DNA of 64,000 nt from Actinomycetota bacterium (GCA_004297305.1 SCTR01000007.1:106871-170870), one strand, 5' to 3'; shown: positions 53,066-62,620, counted from the stretch's first letter. The notes: a model not told the origin generated them from the sequence alone. Program-made: numbers and translations.

Positions 53066-53386
53066 ATGAGGACGATCGAGGTGCACGCCGTCGACGGCGC
53101 GGTCACCGCGATGTGCTCTGACGCCTCGGGCATGACGCGGACGGTGGCGATCGGCTCGTGGCTGGTGCTCTGGTCGCAGGTCAGCCCCGGCGACCGGTTC
53201 GTGCTCAGTTGGGAGGAACTCGAAGCGGCCGAGGTCAGCCTGGGCCACGCCCCGACCTGGGTGCTCGAACGCCTGGTAGCCGACGCCGGTTCCGACCCGG
53301 CCGGCGGCTCGGCCAGCGAGCCGGCCCCGTCCCCGGCTGGCTCGCGGTCGCATCCGGCTGGCTCGCGGTCGCATCCGGCTGGCTAG
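53066..53386 (+). CDS. Small hypothetical protein
   Basis: AGGGAG RBS before ATG 53066; 106 aa; C-terminus encoded by a 21-bp repeat. Confidence 0.5.
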   Translation: MRTIEVHAVDGAVTAMCSDASGMTRTVAIGSWLVLWSQVSPGDRFVLSWEELEAAEVSLGHAPTWVLERLVADAGSDPAGGSASEPAPSPAGSRSHPAGSRSHPAG

Positions 53387-53409
53387 GCATCCGGCCGGCT
53401 CGGTATCCG
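53333..53409. repeat. 21-bp tandem repeat (CCGGCTGGCTCGCGGTCGCAT) x2 plus degenerate copies
   Basis: Exact copies at 53333 and 53354, then CCGGCTGGCTAGGCAT and CCGGCCGGCTCGGTAT. Confidence 0.8.
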
Positions 53410-53414
53410 TTCGG

Positions 53415-54539
53415 CTAGCGGCGTACTCCGGGCAGGACATCGCCGAGGTCGAACCGCACCGGCCGGTCGAGTTGGTCGTAGGTGCACGACTGCGGGTCGC
53501 GGTCGGGTCGCCATCGGACCAACTGCGCCACATGCCGGAAGCGGTCACCTTCCATGTGGTCGTAGGCGACTTCGGCCACCAGTTCGGCGCGCAGCGGGAT
53601 CCACGACAAGTCCTTCGTCCCGGTCCAGCGGGACACGCCGCCAGGGAGCCGGCTGCCCAGGTGGGCCGCCTGCTCAGCCCAGGAGGCCCACGGATGGCCG
53701 GCGAGCCCGGCGTCGCCGACGGCGTACGGCGCCAGTTCCGTCAGCAGCGCCGCTCGCCGCGCCGCGCTGAACGAGGAGGCGACGCCGACGTGGTGCAGCG
53801 TGCCGCGCTCGTCGTACAGGCCGAGTAGCAACGAGCCGACGACACGCTGACCGTCAGCGTCCGGCTCCTTGTGTGCCCGCCAGCCCGCTACGACGACGTC
53901 GGTGGTGCGGGCGTGCTTCACCTTGAGCAGGGTTCGCTTGCCCGGCGTGTACGGCGACTGCCACGGCTTGCACACCAGGCCGTCGAGTCCCGCGCCCTCG
54001 AAGTGGGAGAACCATTCCCGGGCAAGGGATTGGTCGTCGGTGACCGGGGTGACGAAGAACGGCGGCTGGGCGGCGGCCAGCGCACGCTCCAGGGCTGCCC
54101 GCCGGGTGCGGTAGGGCTCGGCCAGCAGCGCTTGCTCGCCGACGGCCAGCGCGTCGAAGGCGACGTAGGCGCACGGTGATTGCTCGGCCAGTTCCGCGAT
54201 CTTCCACTTGCCGGCCTCCGACCGCGGCCGGATGCGATTGGTCAACTCCTCGAACCACAACCGGCCGTCGTGGGCGACCACGAGTTCGCCGTCCAGTACT
54301 GCCCGTTCCGGCAGGTTCGCCAGGGCGGCCGCGACGACCTCCGGGAAGCAGTAGGTGAGATCCTTCCCGCCCCGGCCCCAGATCTGGACCTCGTCGCCGT
54401 CGCGGTAGATCAGGGCCCGGAAACCATCCCATTTCGGTTCGTACGCAAGGCCGCCCTCCACCGCGTCGGGAGCCGGCACCTCGTCGCCAGCGGGCTTGGC
54501 CAGCATCGGGTCGATCGGCGGCATGACGGGGAGTTCCAT
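53415..54539 (-). CDS. ligC: ATP-dependent DNA ligase (LigC-like)
   Basis: MELPVMPPIDPMLAK, YEPKWDGFR (adenylated Lys), LDGELV, FDAL, KVKHART, RFRH.AQLVRWRPD. Confidence 0.92.
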   Translation of the reverse strand: MELPVMPPIDPMLAKPAGDEVPAPDAVEGGLAYEPKWDGFRALIYRDGDEVQIWGRGGKDLTYCFPEVVAAALANLPERAVLDGELVVAHDGRLWFEELTNRIRPRSEAGKWKIAELAEQSPCAYVAFDALAVGEQALLAEPYRTRRAALERALAAAQPPFFVTPVTDDQSLAREWFSHFEGAGLDGLVCKPWQSPYTPGKRTLLKVKHARTTDVVVAGWRAHKEPDADGQRVVGSLLLGLYDERGTLHHVGVASSFSAARRAALLTELAPYAVGDAGLAGHPWASWAEQAAHLGSRLPGGVSRWTGTKDLSWIPLRAELVAEVAYDHMEGDRFRHVAQLVRWRPDRDPQSCTYDQLDRPVRFDLGDVLPGVRR

Positions 54540-55300
54540 CACGAGGCCCTTCCGTAGCGCAGGAACAGGGAACCGTCTTCTTCCAGCACGGAGCGCAGCG
54601 ACAACGGTGCCGGGGCGACCGGCAGCGGCGAGCCGGTGAGGATGCGCTCGGTCGAGACTCCACCCGCGTACCCGCCGCCGGCCAGCAGCGGTGAGACCGA
54701 CAGGCACAACTCGTCCAGCAGGTCGTCCGCGACCAGTTCGGCCAGCAGACACGGGCCGCCCTCGCAGTGCACCCGCCGCAGGCCCCGCTCGTGGAGCGCG
54801 GTCAGACCAGTCGCGAGGTCGACCGTCCGGTCGCCGGCCACGATCACCGTGGCGACCTCGGCCAGGGCACGCTGGCGGGCCCGGTCCGCGGCGGCCACCG
54901 TCAGCACGATCGTCCGAGTCCCGGCAGCGGTGAACATCGGTGCGTCCGGGTCGAAGTCCAGCGACCGGCTCACCACGGCCAACGCGGGACTGGCCGACTG
55001 GCCGGCGGCCGTCCGGGCTGCGGCGTACCGCTCCCGCACCGACGGCGCGCCGTACGACTCGGCGCGCGCGGTTCCCGCGCCGACCAGGATGACGTCGGCC
55101 AGTCCCCGCAGCGCCCCGAAGAGGCGCTTGTCCGCCCTGCTGGAGATCCCGCGCGACAGCCCGCCCGGGGCGCGCGCGGCACCGTCGACGGTGGCCACCA
55201 TGTTCGCCCGCAGCCACGGTCGATCCGCGGGCCAGGCGTACACCGCGTCCACTGCCGCGTCGGCCAGGTCCTCGGCCGGCGCGGGCAGCAGCATCCTCAC
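54539..55300 (-). CDS. RibD C-terminal domain (pyrimidine reductase / DHFR-like) protein
   Basis: LRANMVATVDGA, DVILVGAGT, CEGGP.L, DELCLSVSP. Confidence 0.88.
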   Translation of the reverse strand: MRMLLPAPAEDLADAAVDAVYAWPADRPWLRANMVATVDGAARAPGGLSRGISSRADKRLFGALRGLADVILVGAGTARAESYGAPSVRERYAAARTAAGQSASPALAVVSRSLDFDPDAPMFTAAGTRTIVLTVAAADRARQRALAEVATVIVAGDRTVDLATGLTALHERGLRRVHCEGGPCLLAELVADDLLDELCLSVSPLLAGGGYAGGVSTERILTGSPLPVAPAPLSLRSVLEEDGSLFLRYGRAS

Positions 55301-55331
55301 CGGCCGATCATGGCAGCCGTAGCCTGTCGGG

Positions 55332-56384
55332 GTGCCTGTGCGACTCGTCGACCGCGACCCGGTGGTCCCCACGGTCGAACTGGTCGGGGGAATGGTCCCG
55401 CCGCCGCGGTTCGGCGAGGTGACCTTCGACAGCTACCTGCCCGATGCTGCCTACCCGTCACAAGCCGCGGCGCTGGAACACCTTCGTTCCTTCGCTTCCA
55501 CGCTGCACACCGCTGCGATACCCCGACGATCGTGGCGCGGCCGCGGCAAGGCTGCACCGACCAGTTCGGGGGTCTATCTGGACGGCGGCTTCGGTGTCGG
55601 CAAGACCCACCTGCTCGCGGCGTTGTGGCGTGAGGCGCCAGCCCCGAAGGCGTTCGGCACCTTCGTCGGCTGGACGAACCTGGTGGGGCGCATGGGCTTC
55701 GCCCAGGCGGTCGAGGCGTTCTCGCAGTACCGCCTGCTGTGTATCGACGAGTTCGAACTGGACGATCCCGGCGACACGGTGCTGGTCTCGACGCTGCTCA
55801 CCCGGCTCGCCGAGCGTGGCGTCAGCCTGGCCGCCACCTCGAACACGCTGCCCGATCGGTTGGGCGAGGGCCGGTTCGCTGCCGAGGACTTCCTGCGCGA
55901 GATCCAGGGGCTGGCGGCGAGGTTCACCACGGTGCGCGTGGACGGGACGGACTACCGCAACCGGGGCCTGCCGCAGGCGCCGGTGCCGAGCTCGGACGCC
56001 GACGTACGGGCGACCGCGGGACCGGCGGCGTCGTTGGATGGATTCGACGACTTGCTGGATCACCTGGCACGGGTGCACCCGTCGCTGTACGGCCACCTGG
56101 TGGCGGGCGTATCCGCGACTCATCTGCTGGAGGTGTCCGCGGTGCACGACCAGGCCCGCGCGCTGCGCCTGGTCGTGCTGGCCGACCGGCTGTACGACCG
56201 CGACATTCCGGTGGTGACGTCCGGTGTGCCGCTCGATCAGGTCTTCGCCCCGGACCTGCTGGCCGGGGGCTATCGCAAGAAGTACTTCCGCGCGATCTCC
56301 CGGCTGGTTGCCCTGGCCCGGCAGAGTGACAGTGCCGCAAGTGCGCCGACCGGCCGCATCCCTGGCCCTGGATCGGTGGGCTAG
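55332..56384 (+). CDS. zapE: Cell division protein ZapE (AFG1-like ATPase)
   Basis: Walker A GVYLDGGFGVGKTHLL, Walker B LLCIDEFELDD, ATSNT, RLYD, RAISRL. Confidence 0.92.
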   Translation: MPVRLVDRDPVVPTVELVGGMVPPPRFGEVTFDSYLPDAAYPSQAAALEHLRSFASTLHTAAIPRRSWRGRGKAAPTSSGVYLDGGFGVGKTHLLAALWREAPAPKAFGTFVGWTNLVGRMGFAQAVEAFSQYRLLCIDEFELDDPGDTVLVSTLLTRLAERGVSLAATSNTLPDRLGEGRFAAEDFLREIQGLAARFTTVRVDGTDYRNRGLPQAPVPSSDADVRATAGPAASLDGFDDLLDHLARVHPSLYGHLVAGVSATHLLEVSAVHDQARALRLVVLADRLYDRDIPVVTSGVPLDQVFAPDLLAGGYRKKYFRAISRLVALARQSDSAASAPTGRIPGPGSVG

Positions 56385-56513
56385 CGGGGCACCGGAGCGT
56401 GGCGGCGTGAAGGCGCCCCCGGCCGCGACGGGGGAGGCACGACCGGGGGCGCGTGGCCACGCTACCGGGTTACCGGTGGCGGTGACGAGTGGGGGCGCAG
56501 GCTCGTGCGGAGG

Positions 56514-57536
56514 TCAGCCGGGACGCCGGGAGTCGAACTGGTGCACCACTGGCCCGTACGCGAACTCTCGGGTGGCCTCGAAGAACTCCAGCGGGAACCC
56601 CAGGGGAATCGCGCTCGCGTCGTCCAGCCGGCGCATGGCGTCGGCGGGCAGCCGGAGTTCGGCCGCAGCGAGGTTGTCGGTGAGTTGGCTGACGCTGCGG
56701 CTGCCGAGAATCGGGTGGATGAACGGCTTGCGGGCCATGATCCAGGCCAGCGCCACCTGGGACGGCGTGGCGCCCAGCTCGGCGGCGACCGCGTCGAGGG
56801 CCCGCGCGATCGTGAGGTCGCGCTCGCTGATCTGGGCCGGATCGATCCGGGTGGGTTCGGTCGCCGTGTGCTGCGTGAACTTTCCGGTCAGCAGGCCCCG
56901 CGCCAGTGGGGACCAGGCCGCGACCGACAGGCCGAGTTCTTCGGCCATCGGCAGCAACTCACGTTCGATGTCGCGCTGCGCCAGGCTGTATGGCAGCTGT
57001 GCGGCCACGAACGGGCTCCAGCCGCGGAGTTCGGCCATGGTGTTGGCACGGGAGATGGCCCAGGCGGGAGTGTCCGAGACGCCGACGTACAGGACCTTGC
57101 CGGCCGCGACCGCGTCGTCGAGCGCGCGCATCGTCTCGTGGATCGGGGTGTGCGGATCCCAGACGTGCACCCACAGCAGGTCGACGTAGTCGGTGTTGAG
57201 GCGGCGAAGGCTCTGTTCCAAGGAGGTTCGCAGGCTCTTGCGATGGTTTCCGGACGCATTCGGGTCGGCGCCGTCGATGGACAGCGTGTACTTGGTGGCC
57301 ACGACGAGCTGGTCGCGCTGGCCACTGAGCAGTTCGCCGACGATCCGCTCGCTCTCGCCGTTGGTGTACTTGTTGGCGGTGTCGATGACGTTGCCGCCGG
57401 CCTCCCGGTAGACCTCCAGGACCTTCCGACACTCTTCGATCGGCGAACCCCAGCCCCAGCTCTCGCCGAACGTCATCGCGCCGAGGAACAGTTCCGAAAC
57501 TCGTAGGCCGCTGGTGCCGAAAGTGCGGTATCTCAT
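56514..57536 (-). CDS. Aldo/keto reductase
   Basis: LFLGAMTFG, IDTANKYTNGESE, VATKY, SLRRLNTDYVDL, GKVLYVGVS, WSPLARGLLTGK. Confidence 0.95.
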   Translation of the reverse strand: MRYRTFGTSGLRVSELFLGAMTFGESWGWGSPIEECRKVLEVYREAGGNVIDTANKYTNGESERIVGELLSGQRDQLVVATKYTLSIDGADPNASGNHRKSLRTSLEQSLRRLNTDYVDLLWVHVWDPHTPIHETMRALDDAVAAGKVLYVGVSDTPAWAISRANTMAELRGWSPFVAAQLPYSLAQRDIERELLPMAEELGLSVAAWSPLARGLLTGKFTQHTATEPTRIDPAQISERDLTIARALDAVAAELGATPSQVALAWIMARKPFIHPILGSRSVSQLTDNLAAAELRLPADAMRRLDDASAIPLGFPLEFFEATREFAYGPVVHQFDSRRPG

Positions 57537-57617
57537 ATCCAGTTCTCATTCCCTCGGGTGCAGTGACGGGATCCATTGGTGTCGCTGTGGTCTCGGTGCC
57601 GGCCGGCGCGGCCCGCG

Positions 57618-58466
57618 TTAGCCGGCAAAGGGCCGGACCGGCTGCCCGGCCACTCCGGCGGGAGCCTGGAAGACGGCGCCGGCAGGTCCCGGGTCGTCCG
57701 CGCCGGCCGGGCGATACGTGGTGATGAACAGCTGGTCCAACCGCGGTCCGCCGAACGTGCAGGCCGTGACGTGGGGCGTGGCGACCTCCACGATCTCGTC
57801 GAGGTCGCCCCGGGGCGTATGGCGTTGCACTCGACCGCCGCGGATCAGTGCCACCCACACCCCGCCCTCGGCGTCGACGCACAACCCGTCGGGGGCGATG
57901 CGATCCGGCCCCGGGTCGATGGTGACGAAGGGGCGCCGGTTCTGCAGCCCGCCCTCGGCGTCGTAGTCGAACACGTCGACCCGCTGGGTACCGGTGTCGA
58001 CGTAGTAGGCGCGCGAGCCGTCCGGACTCCAGTCGAGGCCGTTGGACGAGGTGATCTTCTCCAGGACGACGTGCACCGAGCGATCGGGATCGAGGCGGTA
58101 CAGGTGCCCTGCCTCGCGCCGCCCACTGACCCAGGAACCGCAGTAGAACCGGCCCTCCGGGTCGCACGCGCCGTCGTTGAGGAGCATCGCCTCGTTGCCA
58201 GGCAACGTCTCGCTGAACTGCGTGCCTTCCGTGGCGTCCAGCAGCATCAGGCGTCGCCCGCAGGCAACGACGGTGCCGCCGCCTTGGCGCGGCCGCAGCG
58301 TGGAGACGTGGGAGTCGACGTGGTGACGCCGTACGGCGCCGTCGGCAGCGAGGGAGAGGATGTCGCCACGGAACATGTCCACCCAGCGCAAGCCACCCCA
58401 GGCGTCGTCCCACACGGGGCTCTCGCCGAACGCGGTGATCGGCTCGGTGATCGGCTCGGCTCGCAT
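57618..58466 (-). CDS. SMP-30/gluconolactonase/LRE family protein
   Basis: FGESPVWD, LLNDGACDPEGRF, SNGLDWSPDG, PDGLCVDAEG, TACTFGG, LFITT. Confidence 0.93.
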   Translation of the reverse strand: MRAEPITEPITAFGESPVWDDAWGGLRWVDMFRGDILSLAADGAVRRHHVDSHVSTLRPRQGGGTVVACGRRLMLLDATEGTQFSETLPGNEAMLLNDGACDPEGRFYCGSWVSGRREAGHLYRLDPDRSVHVVLEKITSSNGLDWSPDGSRAYYVDTGTQRVDVFDYDAEGGLQNRRPFVTIDPGPDRIAPDGLCVDAEGGVWVALIRGGRVQRHTPRGDLDEIVEVATPHVTACTFGGPRLDQLFITTYRPAGADDPGPAGAVFQAPAGVAGQPVRPFAG

Positions 58467-58808
58467 GCAGGCCCCCACGATCGGCTCGACGGGTCGGCAC
58501 GGCGGGCGAGGCCCTGCGCGGTAGCGCACCAACGGGTCGTCCGCTGCGGTGGAGAGGTAGTTCAACGAGCTTTACTATTACTGTAGGACCGCGCTGACGA
58601 ACGCGTCAACCGTCGGTGTTCGTCAGCGACCCGGGCGGTGCGCCGGGGCGGTCGCGCAGCACTGGAAGTGGAGTCGAACCGCGTGCCGGTCGGGGCCGCT
58701 ACGGCGATCCGCGGTTCGCCCGAGTCTGCCGGGGTGCGAGCTGCAGCACCGGATCGCTCGTCGCGGCCGGCCGCGTCAAGCGCTGCTGGCGTCGTGCCGG
58801 CAGCCTTG

Positions 58809-58884
58809 TGGTGGGCGATACAGGATTTGAACCTGTGACCTCTTCCGTGTCAAGGAAGCGCGCTAGCCCCTGCGCCAATCGCCC
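58809..58884 (-). tRNA. tRNA-Val(GAC)
   Basis: Cloverleaf: acceptor GGGCGAT/ATCGCCC, anticodon arm CTTCC-TTGACAC-GGAAG, T-loop TTCAAAT, encoded CCA. Confidence 0.97.
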
Positions 58885-58901
58885 GTGGCATCGTGCAGCC
58901 G

Positions 58902-58972
58902 AGGTGGAGACGGGATTCGAACCCGTGTAGACGGCTTTGCAGGCCGTTGCCTCGCCTCTCGGCCACTCCACC
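58902..58972 (-). tRNA. tRNA-Cys(GCA)
   Basis: Acceptor GGTGGAG/CTCCACC, anticodon arm ACGGC-CTGCAAA-GCCGT, T-loop TTCGAAT; CCA not encoded. Confidence 0.97.
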
Positions 58973-58997
58973 GGGTGCCCCAGAGGGCCTCCATCCG

Positions 58998-59070
58998 AGC
59001 GGACGACGGGATTCGAACCCGCGACCCTCACCTTGGCAAGGTGATGCTCTACCAGCTGAGCCACGTCCGC
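58998..59070 (-). tRNA. tRNA-Gly(GCC)
   Basis: Acceptor GCGGACG/CGTCCGC, anticodon arm TCACC-TTGCCAA-GGTGA, T-loop TTCGAAT; CCA not encoded. Confidence 0.97.
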
Positions 59071-59223
59071 GCACGCACCAGGTCCGGTGCGAAGCGACAC
59101 CCTAGCCCACGGGGCGATCTCGATCCAAAGCGCCCAGGGAGCGCAGCGCCCCCCGGCGGCCCGTCCGGCACCGGCAGAATCCACCGCGACGGCAGGCAGC
59201 AGGATCGACCGGGCGGGAGGGTG

Positions 59224-60279
59224 ATGACGGGCATCGTCGGCGGTCCGCCGTACGCCGAGCTGCCGCCGGTGGCGTACCTCAGCGGCCTGCTCGGCACCGG
59301 CTTGGTCGACGTGGCGACCGACCTGTCCGTCCTCGACGGCACTGGGCGCTGGGCGGTCCTGGTCACCTTCGAGGGCGACGTCGTCTGCGCTCGTTTCGCT
59401 GATTGGCGTCCGGCGTCCCCAGCAGCCGCAGTGGCGGCCGGCTGGCGTGGACCGGACCGGGAAAGCTGGCGCAGCTCGCTGGGGGAGACCGGTTTCCGGG
59501 CTGCCGTCGCCACGGTGCGCGACCGGATCGCGGCCGGGGTGGTGTACCAGGTCAACGTCTGCCGGGTCGTCGAGGCAGCCCTGCCCGATCCGGCGCAAGC
59601 CGATGTCGCTGCGCTGCATGCGATCCTGACAGCCGGCAACCCCGCTCCCTTCTCCGGAATGTTGCGGCTGCCGGCCGCGGGGGTGCATGTCGCGAGCGCG
59701 TCGCCGGAACTGTTCCTCCGGCGTCAGCGTGACGTCGTCGAGTCGGGCCCGATCAAGGGCACGGGCCGGACGGCGGCCGACCTCACGGCGAAGGACGAAG
59801 CCGAGAACCTGATGATCGTTGACCTGGTCCGCAACGACCTGTCCCGAGTCAGCGTCACCGGTTCGGTGAGTGTGCCAGCGTTCCTGCGCACCGAGCAGCA
59901 TCCCGGGCTGGTCCACCTCGTGTCGACCGTGCGCGGCGAACTCGCCGACGGCATCGGCTGGCCGGAGATCTTCGCCGCCACCTTCCCGCCGGGCTCGGTC
60001 AGTGGTGCGCCCAAGTCGACTGCGCTGCAGCTGATCGCCGAACTGGAACCGAGCCGGCGAGGCCCGTACTGCGGTGCGCTCGGCTGGGTCGACGCCGATC
60101 GGCGTACCGCCGAACTGGCTGTCGGGATCAGGACCTTCTGGCTCGCCGACGGAACTGTCCGGTTCGGGACCGGGGCCGGCATCACCTGGGCGAGCGACCC
60201 GGGTCGCGAGTGGGACGAGACGAAGCTGAAGGCCGAGCGGCTGGTGCGACTGGCCTCCGCCGGCGCGGCGCCGTGCTGA
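59224..60279 (+). CDS. Chorismate-binding enzyme (PabB/TrpE-like C-terminal domain)
   Basis: YQVNVCR, SASPELF, PIKGT, AENLMIVDLVRNDL, FPPGSVSGAPK, GPYCGALG, VGIRT, GTGAGIT. Confidence 0.9.
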   Translation: MTGIVGGPPYAELPPVAYLSGLLGTGLVDVATDLSVLDGTGRWAVLVTFEGDVVCARFADWRPASPAAAVAAGWRGPDRESWRSSLGETGFRAAVATVRDRIAAGVVYQVNVCRVVEAALPDPAQADVAALHAILTAGNPAPFSGMLRLPAAGVHVASASPELFLRRQRDVVESGPIKGTGRTAADLTAKDEAENLMIVDLVRNDLSRVSVTGSVSVPAFLRTEQHPGLVHLVSTVRGELADGIGWPEIFAATFPPGSVSGAPKSTALQLIAELEPSRRGPYCGALGWVDADRRTAELAVGIRTFWLADGTVRFGTGAGITWASDPGREWDETKLKAERLVRLASAGAAPC

Positions 60280-60358
60280 ACGGCGGGCGTCCGCAGCGAG
60301 GCGTCGTCAGCGATGACGTCGTGAGCGATGGCGTCGGGTGCGATGACAGGGTGGGCCA

Positions 60359-61186
60359 GTGAAGATCTGGGTCGGCGACCGTCTCCTCGACGACGCCGAG
60401 GCGCGCGTGTCCGTCCTGGACCACGGGTTCACCGTGGCGGACGGGGTCTTCGAGACCCTGAAGGTGGTCTCCGGCACGCCTTTCGCACTCACCCGGCACC
60501 TCGCCCGGCTCGGGCATTCGGCCCGGGGCCTGGACCTGCCGCCGCCGCCGGAGTCGATCATCCGCGACGCGGTCGCCATGACCGTGCAGGCCAACGTTGC
60601 CGCCCTGGGTGCGCTGGGCAGGTTGCGGATCACGTGGACCGCCGGCGCCGGACCGCTGGGTTCGGAGCGGGGCGGGTGGGCACCGACGCTCGTCGTCGCG
60701 ACCGCTCCGCTGCAGCCCTGGCCCCCGACTGCTGCGGTGGTGACGGTGCCGTGGACCCGCAACGAGCGCGGCGCACTCGCCGGGCTCAAGGCCACGTCGT
60801 ACGCCGAGAACGTCGTCGCGCTGGCCCGCGCGCAGGCGCAGGGCGCCAGCGAAGCGCTCCTGGCCAACACTCAGGGGCAGCTGTGCGAGGGGACCGGATC
60901 GAACGTGTTCGTGGTCTCCGGCGGCCGGCTTCTGACGCCGACCCTCGCCAGCGGAGCGCTGGCCGGGATCACTCGCGCCCTGGTGGTCGAGTGGGCGGAG
61001 GTCGAGGAGGCCGATCTGCCGCTGGCGGCGTTGGGCGAGGCCGACGAGGTCTTCCTCACCTCGAGCACGCGGGATGTCCAGCCCGTTCACGTCGTCGATG
61101 GCCGACCATTGCGCGCGCCCGGGCCGGTCACCGCGGCCGTGGCCGAGCTGTTCGCGGTGCGATCGGCCGCCGACGCGGATCCCTGA
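60359..61186 (+). CDS. Class IV aminotransferase (PabC / D-amino-acid transaminase-like)
   Basis: LDHGFTVADGVFETL, GLKATSY, EGTGSNVF, LAGITR, FLTSSTR. Confidence 0.92.
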   Translation: MKIWVGDRLLDDAEARVSVLDHGFTVADGVFETLKVVSGTPFALTRHLARLGHSARGLDLPPPPESIIRDAVAMTVQANVAALGALGRLRITWTAGAGPLGSERGGWAPTLVVATAPLQPWPPTAAVVTVPWTRNERGALAGLKATSYAENVVALARAQAQGASEALLANTQGQLCEGTGSNVFVVSGGRLLTPTLASGALAGITRALVVEWAEVEEADLPLAALGEADEVFLTSSTRDVQPVHVVDGRPLRAPGPVTAAVAELFAVRSAADADP

Positions 61187-61324
61187 CGCACCAGGTGTCG
61201 GCATTCCTTGCACAGACCCCTGACGGACCAGGCGTCGGCTGGCGACGCCGCCTCCTGAGCGAACCGCTCCGGGAGGCCGCGCCGACTCCTCACCGAATCG
61301 GCTGAGGGGCCGTAACCTGGCGCG

Positions 61325-61692
61325 ATGCGGGGCAAGCGCAACCGGACCGAGCCGGAGCGGACAGGTCTGGACGGCTCCGACGCGCACGACCCCGGGATCG
61401 ACGAGGCCGCGCCGGATGCGCCGTCGCCCCGCGGGACCTTCCTGCTGCGCCTGTCAGCCGGCGCGGGCGGGTCGGCGATGTCCGGTGCGTTGGCCGGTTT
61501 CGAACTGTTCGACCCCGGGCTGGCCCGCTACCGCCAGGAGCAGGACCGGCAGGGAATGCTCGTGGTCACCGCGCCGAGCCCGGGCGACGACCTGCTCCGG
61601 CAGCGACGCCTGCGAATCGAACGCCCCCGTGAGGCCCCGGCGGCCGACGTCGCCGATGCGGTAGGCTCGCGCGCCGCGGGCGGGGAGCCCTC

Positions 61693-61702
<10 letters not shown>
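61325..61702 (+). CDS. Hypothetical protein (DUF6191-like); stop codon lies inside tRNA-Val
   Basis: GFELFDPGLARYRQEQDR...APSPGD resembles DUF6191; TAG at 61700-61702 is tRNA nt 8-10. Confidence 0.5.
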
Positions 61703-61767
<65 letters not shown>

Positions 61768-61939
61768 GAAAGCCGTAGATCAGCGGGCCCTTCGACGGCC
61801 TCGACTCGGTCGGCCGCCCTCGACCCTCATCGCGGTCCGACCGCGGGCGGTCAGCCTCGTTCCGCGACTGCCGAGGCCGGAAGGTGTCGGACGTCCGTGG
61901 CAGCCTCCACGAGATGGCAGCGAGCCGGGGCGAGTTTGA

Positions 61940-62167
61940 GTGAGCGGGGTCGTGATGAGTGCTGGGCGAGGTCGTCGCAAGCGTGACTGCGTGACCAAGA
62001 AGGTGCGGTTCAAGGACCACGAGGATGCCGTGCGCTTCCTCCGCTTCGCGTCAACCGCCCGCGCTCGAGCAGACGTCGACGGAGTCGACACCTCACACGG
62101 CGCTGTCCGATCGTACGAGTGCGGGATATGCCGGGGATTCCACGTGACGTCCCAGGTTGCCGCTTGA
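61940..62167 (+). CDS. Small basic Cys/His protein, phage-like
   Basis: DCVTKKVRFKDHEDA...SYECGICRGFHVTS; start may be ATG 61955. Confidence 0.6.
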   Translation: MSGVVMSAGRGRRKRDCVTKKVRFKDHEDAVRFLRFASTARARADVDGVDTSHGAVRSYECGICRGFHVTSQVAA

Positions 62168-62227
62168 CGTCCCCGCGTGAGAAAGCGGAGCGGACCCGAC
62201 CTCAGCAATGGCGGTCGCTCATGTTTG

Positions 62228-62563
62228 TTAGCCAGCAACTGGAACGTGGAGACTGATCGACTCGGCCGGGGCGCCACTGTCCTCGGTCAGCACGAACTGG
62301 ATCTCCACGCTCAGTGCTGTCGTGAGCTTCAGCAGGGTCTGCGTGGTCGGGGCTACCTGACCACGCTCGATCCGGCTGATGTCAGCCTGCGTCACTCCCG
62401 AGAGTTCAGCCAGGTCCGACTGACGGAGCCCACGCGCCTTGCGCGCGCCGAGGATCACCGAGCCGAATGCTGCGGCCTGGTCGAAGGCACGCACGATGTC
62501 CTGTTCGGCCGGCGTCAGAGCCGCTTCGCGCGCCCGCGCGTACTCGCTGAATGTCTTGGCCAT
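62228..62563 (-). CDS. XRE/HTH_3 antitoxin (HigA-like)
   Basis: ARKARGLRQSDLAELSGVTQADISRIERGQVAPTTQTLLKL; AGGAG RBS; downstream of the toxin. Confidence 0.88.
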   Translation of the reverse strand: MAKTFSEYARAREAALTPAEQDIVRAFDQAAAFGSVILGARKARGLRQSDLAELSGVTQADISRIERGQVAPTTQTLLKLTTALSVEIQFVLTEDSGAPAESISLHVPVAG

Positions 62564-62591
62564 CGCTCCTCGTCTCAAGGTCGACTCCGAC

Positions 62592-62620
62592 AGCATATGT
62601 GGAAAGCCACATACAGACAA
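62592..62620 (-). promoter_or_regulatory. Housekeeping-sigma promoter (TTGTCT-N17-TATGCT) with overlapping palindrome TATGTGG-N4-CCACATA
   Basis: -35 at 62620-62615, -10 at 62597-62592, inverted repeat at 62596-62613, in the toxin-antitoxin gap. Confidence 0.7.

Noticed and set aside
50224-54539. Complete NHEJ (Ku-LigD) system
   Set aside because: There is no Ku and no phosphoesterase domain; the genes fit the Prim-PolC/LigC repair pair instead.
56384-58809. Second integrated island at tRNA-Val(GAC)
   Set aside because: I found no convincing duplicate of the tRNA 3' end near zapE and no integrase.
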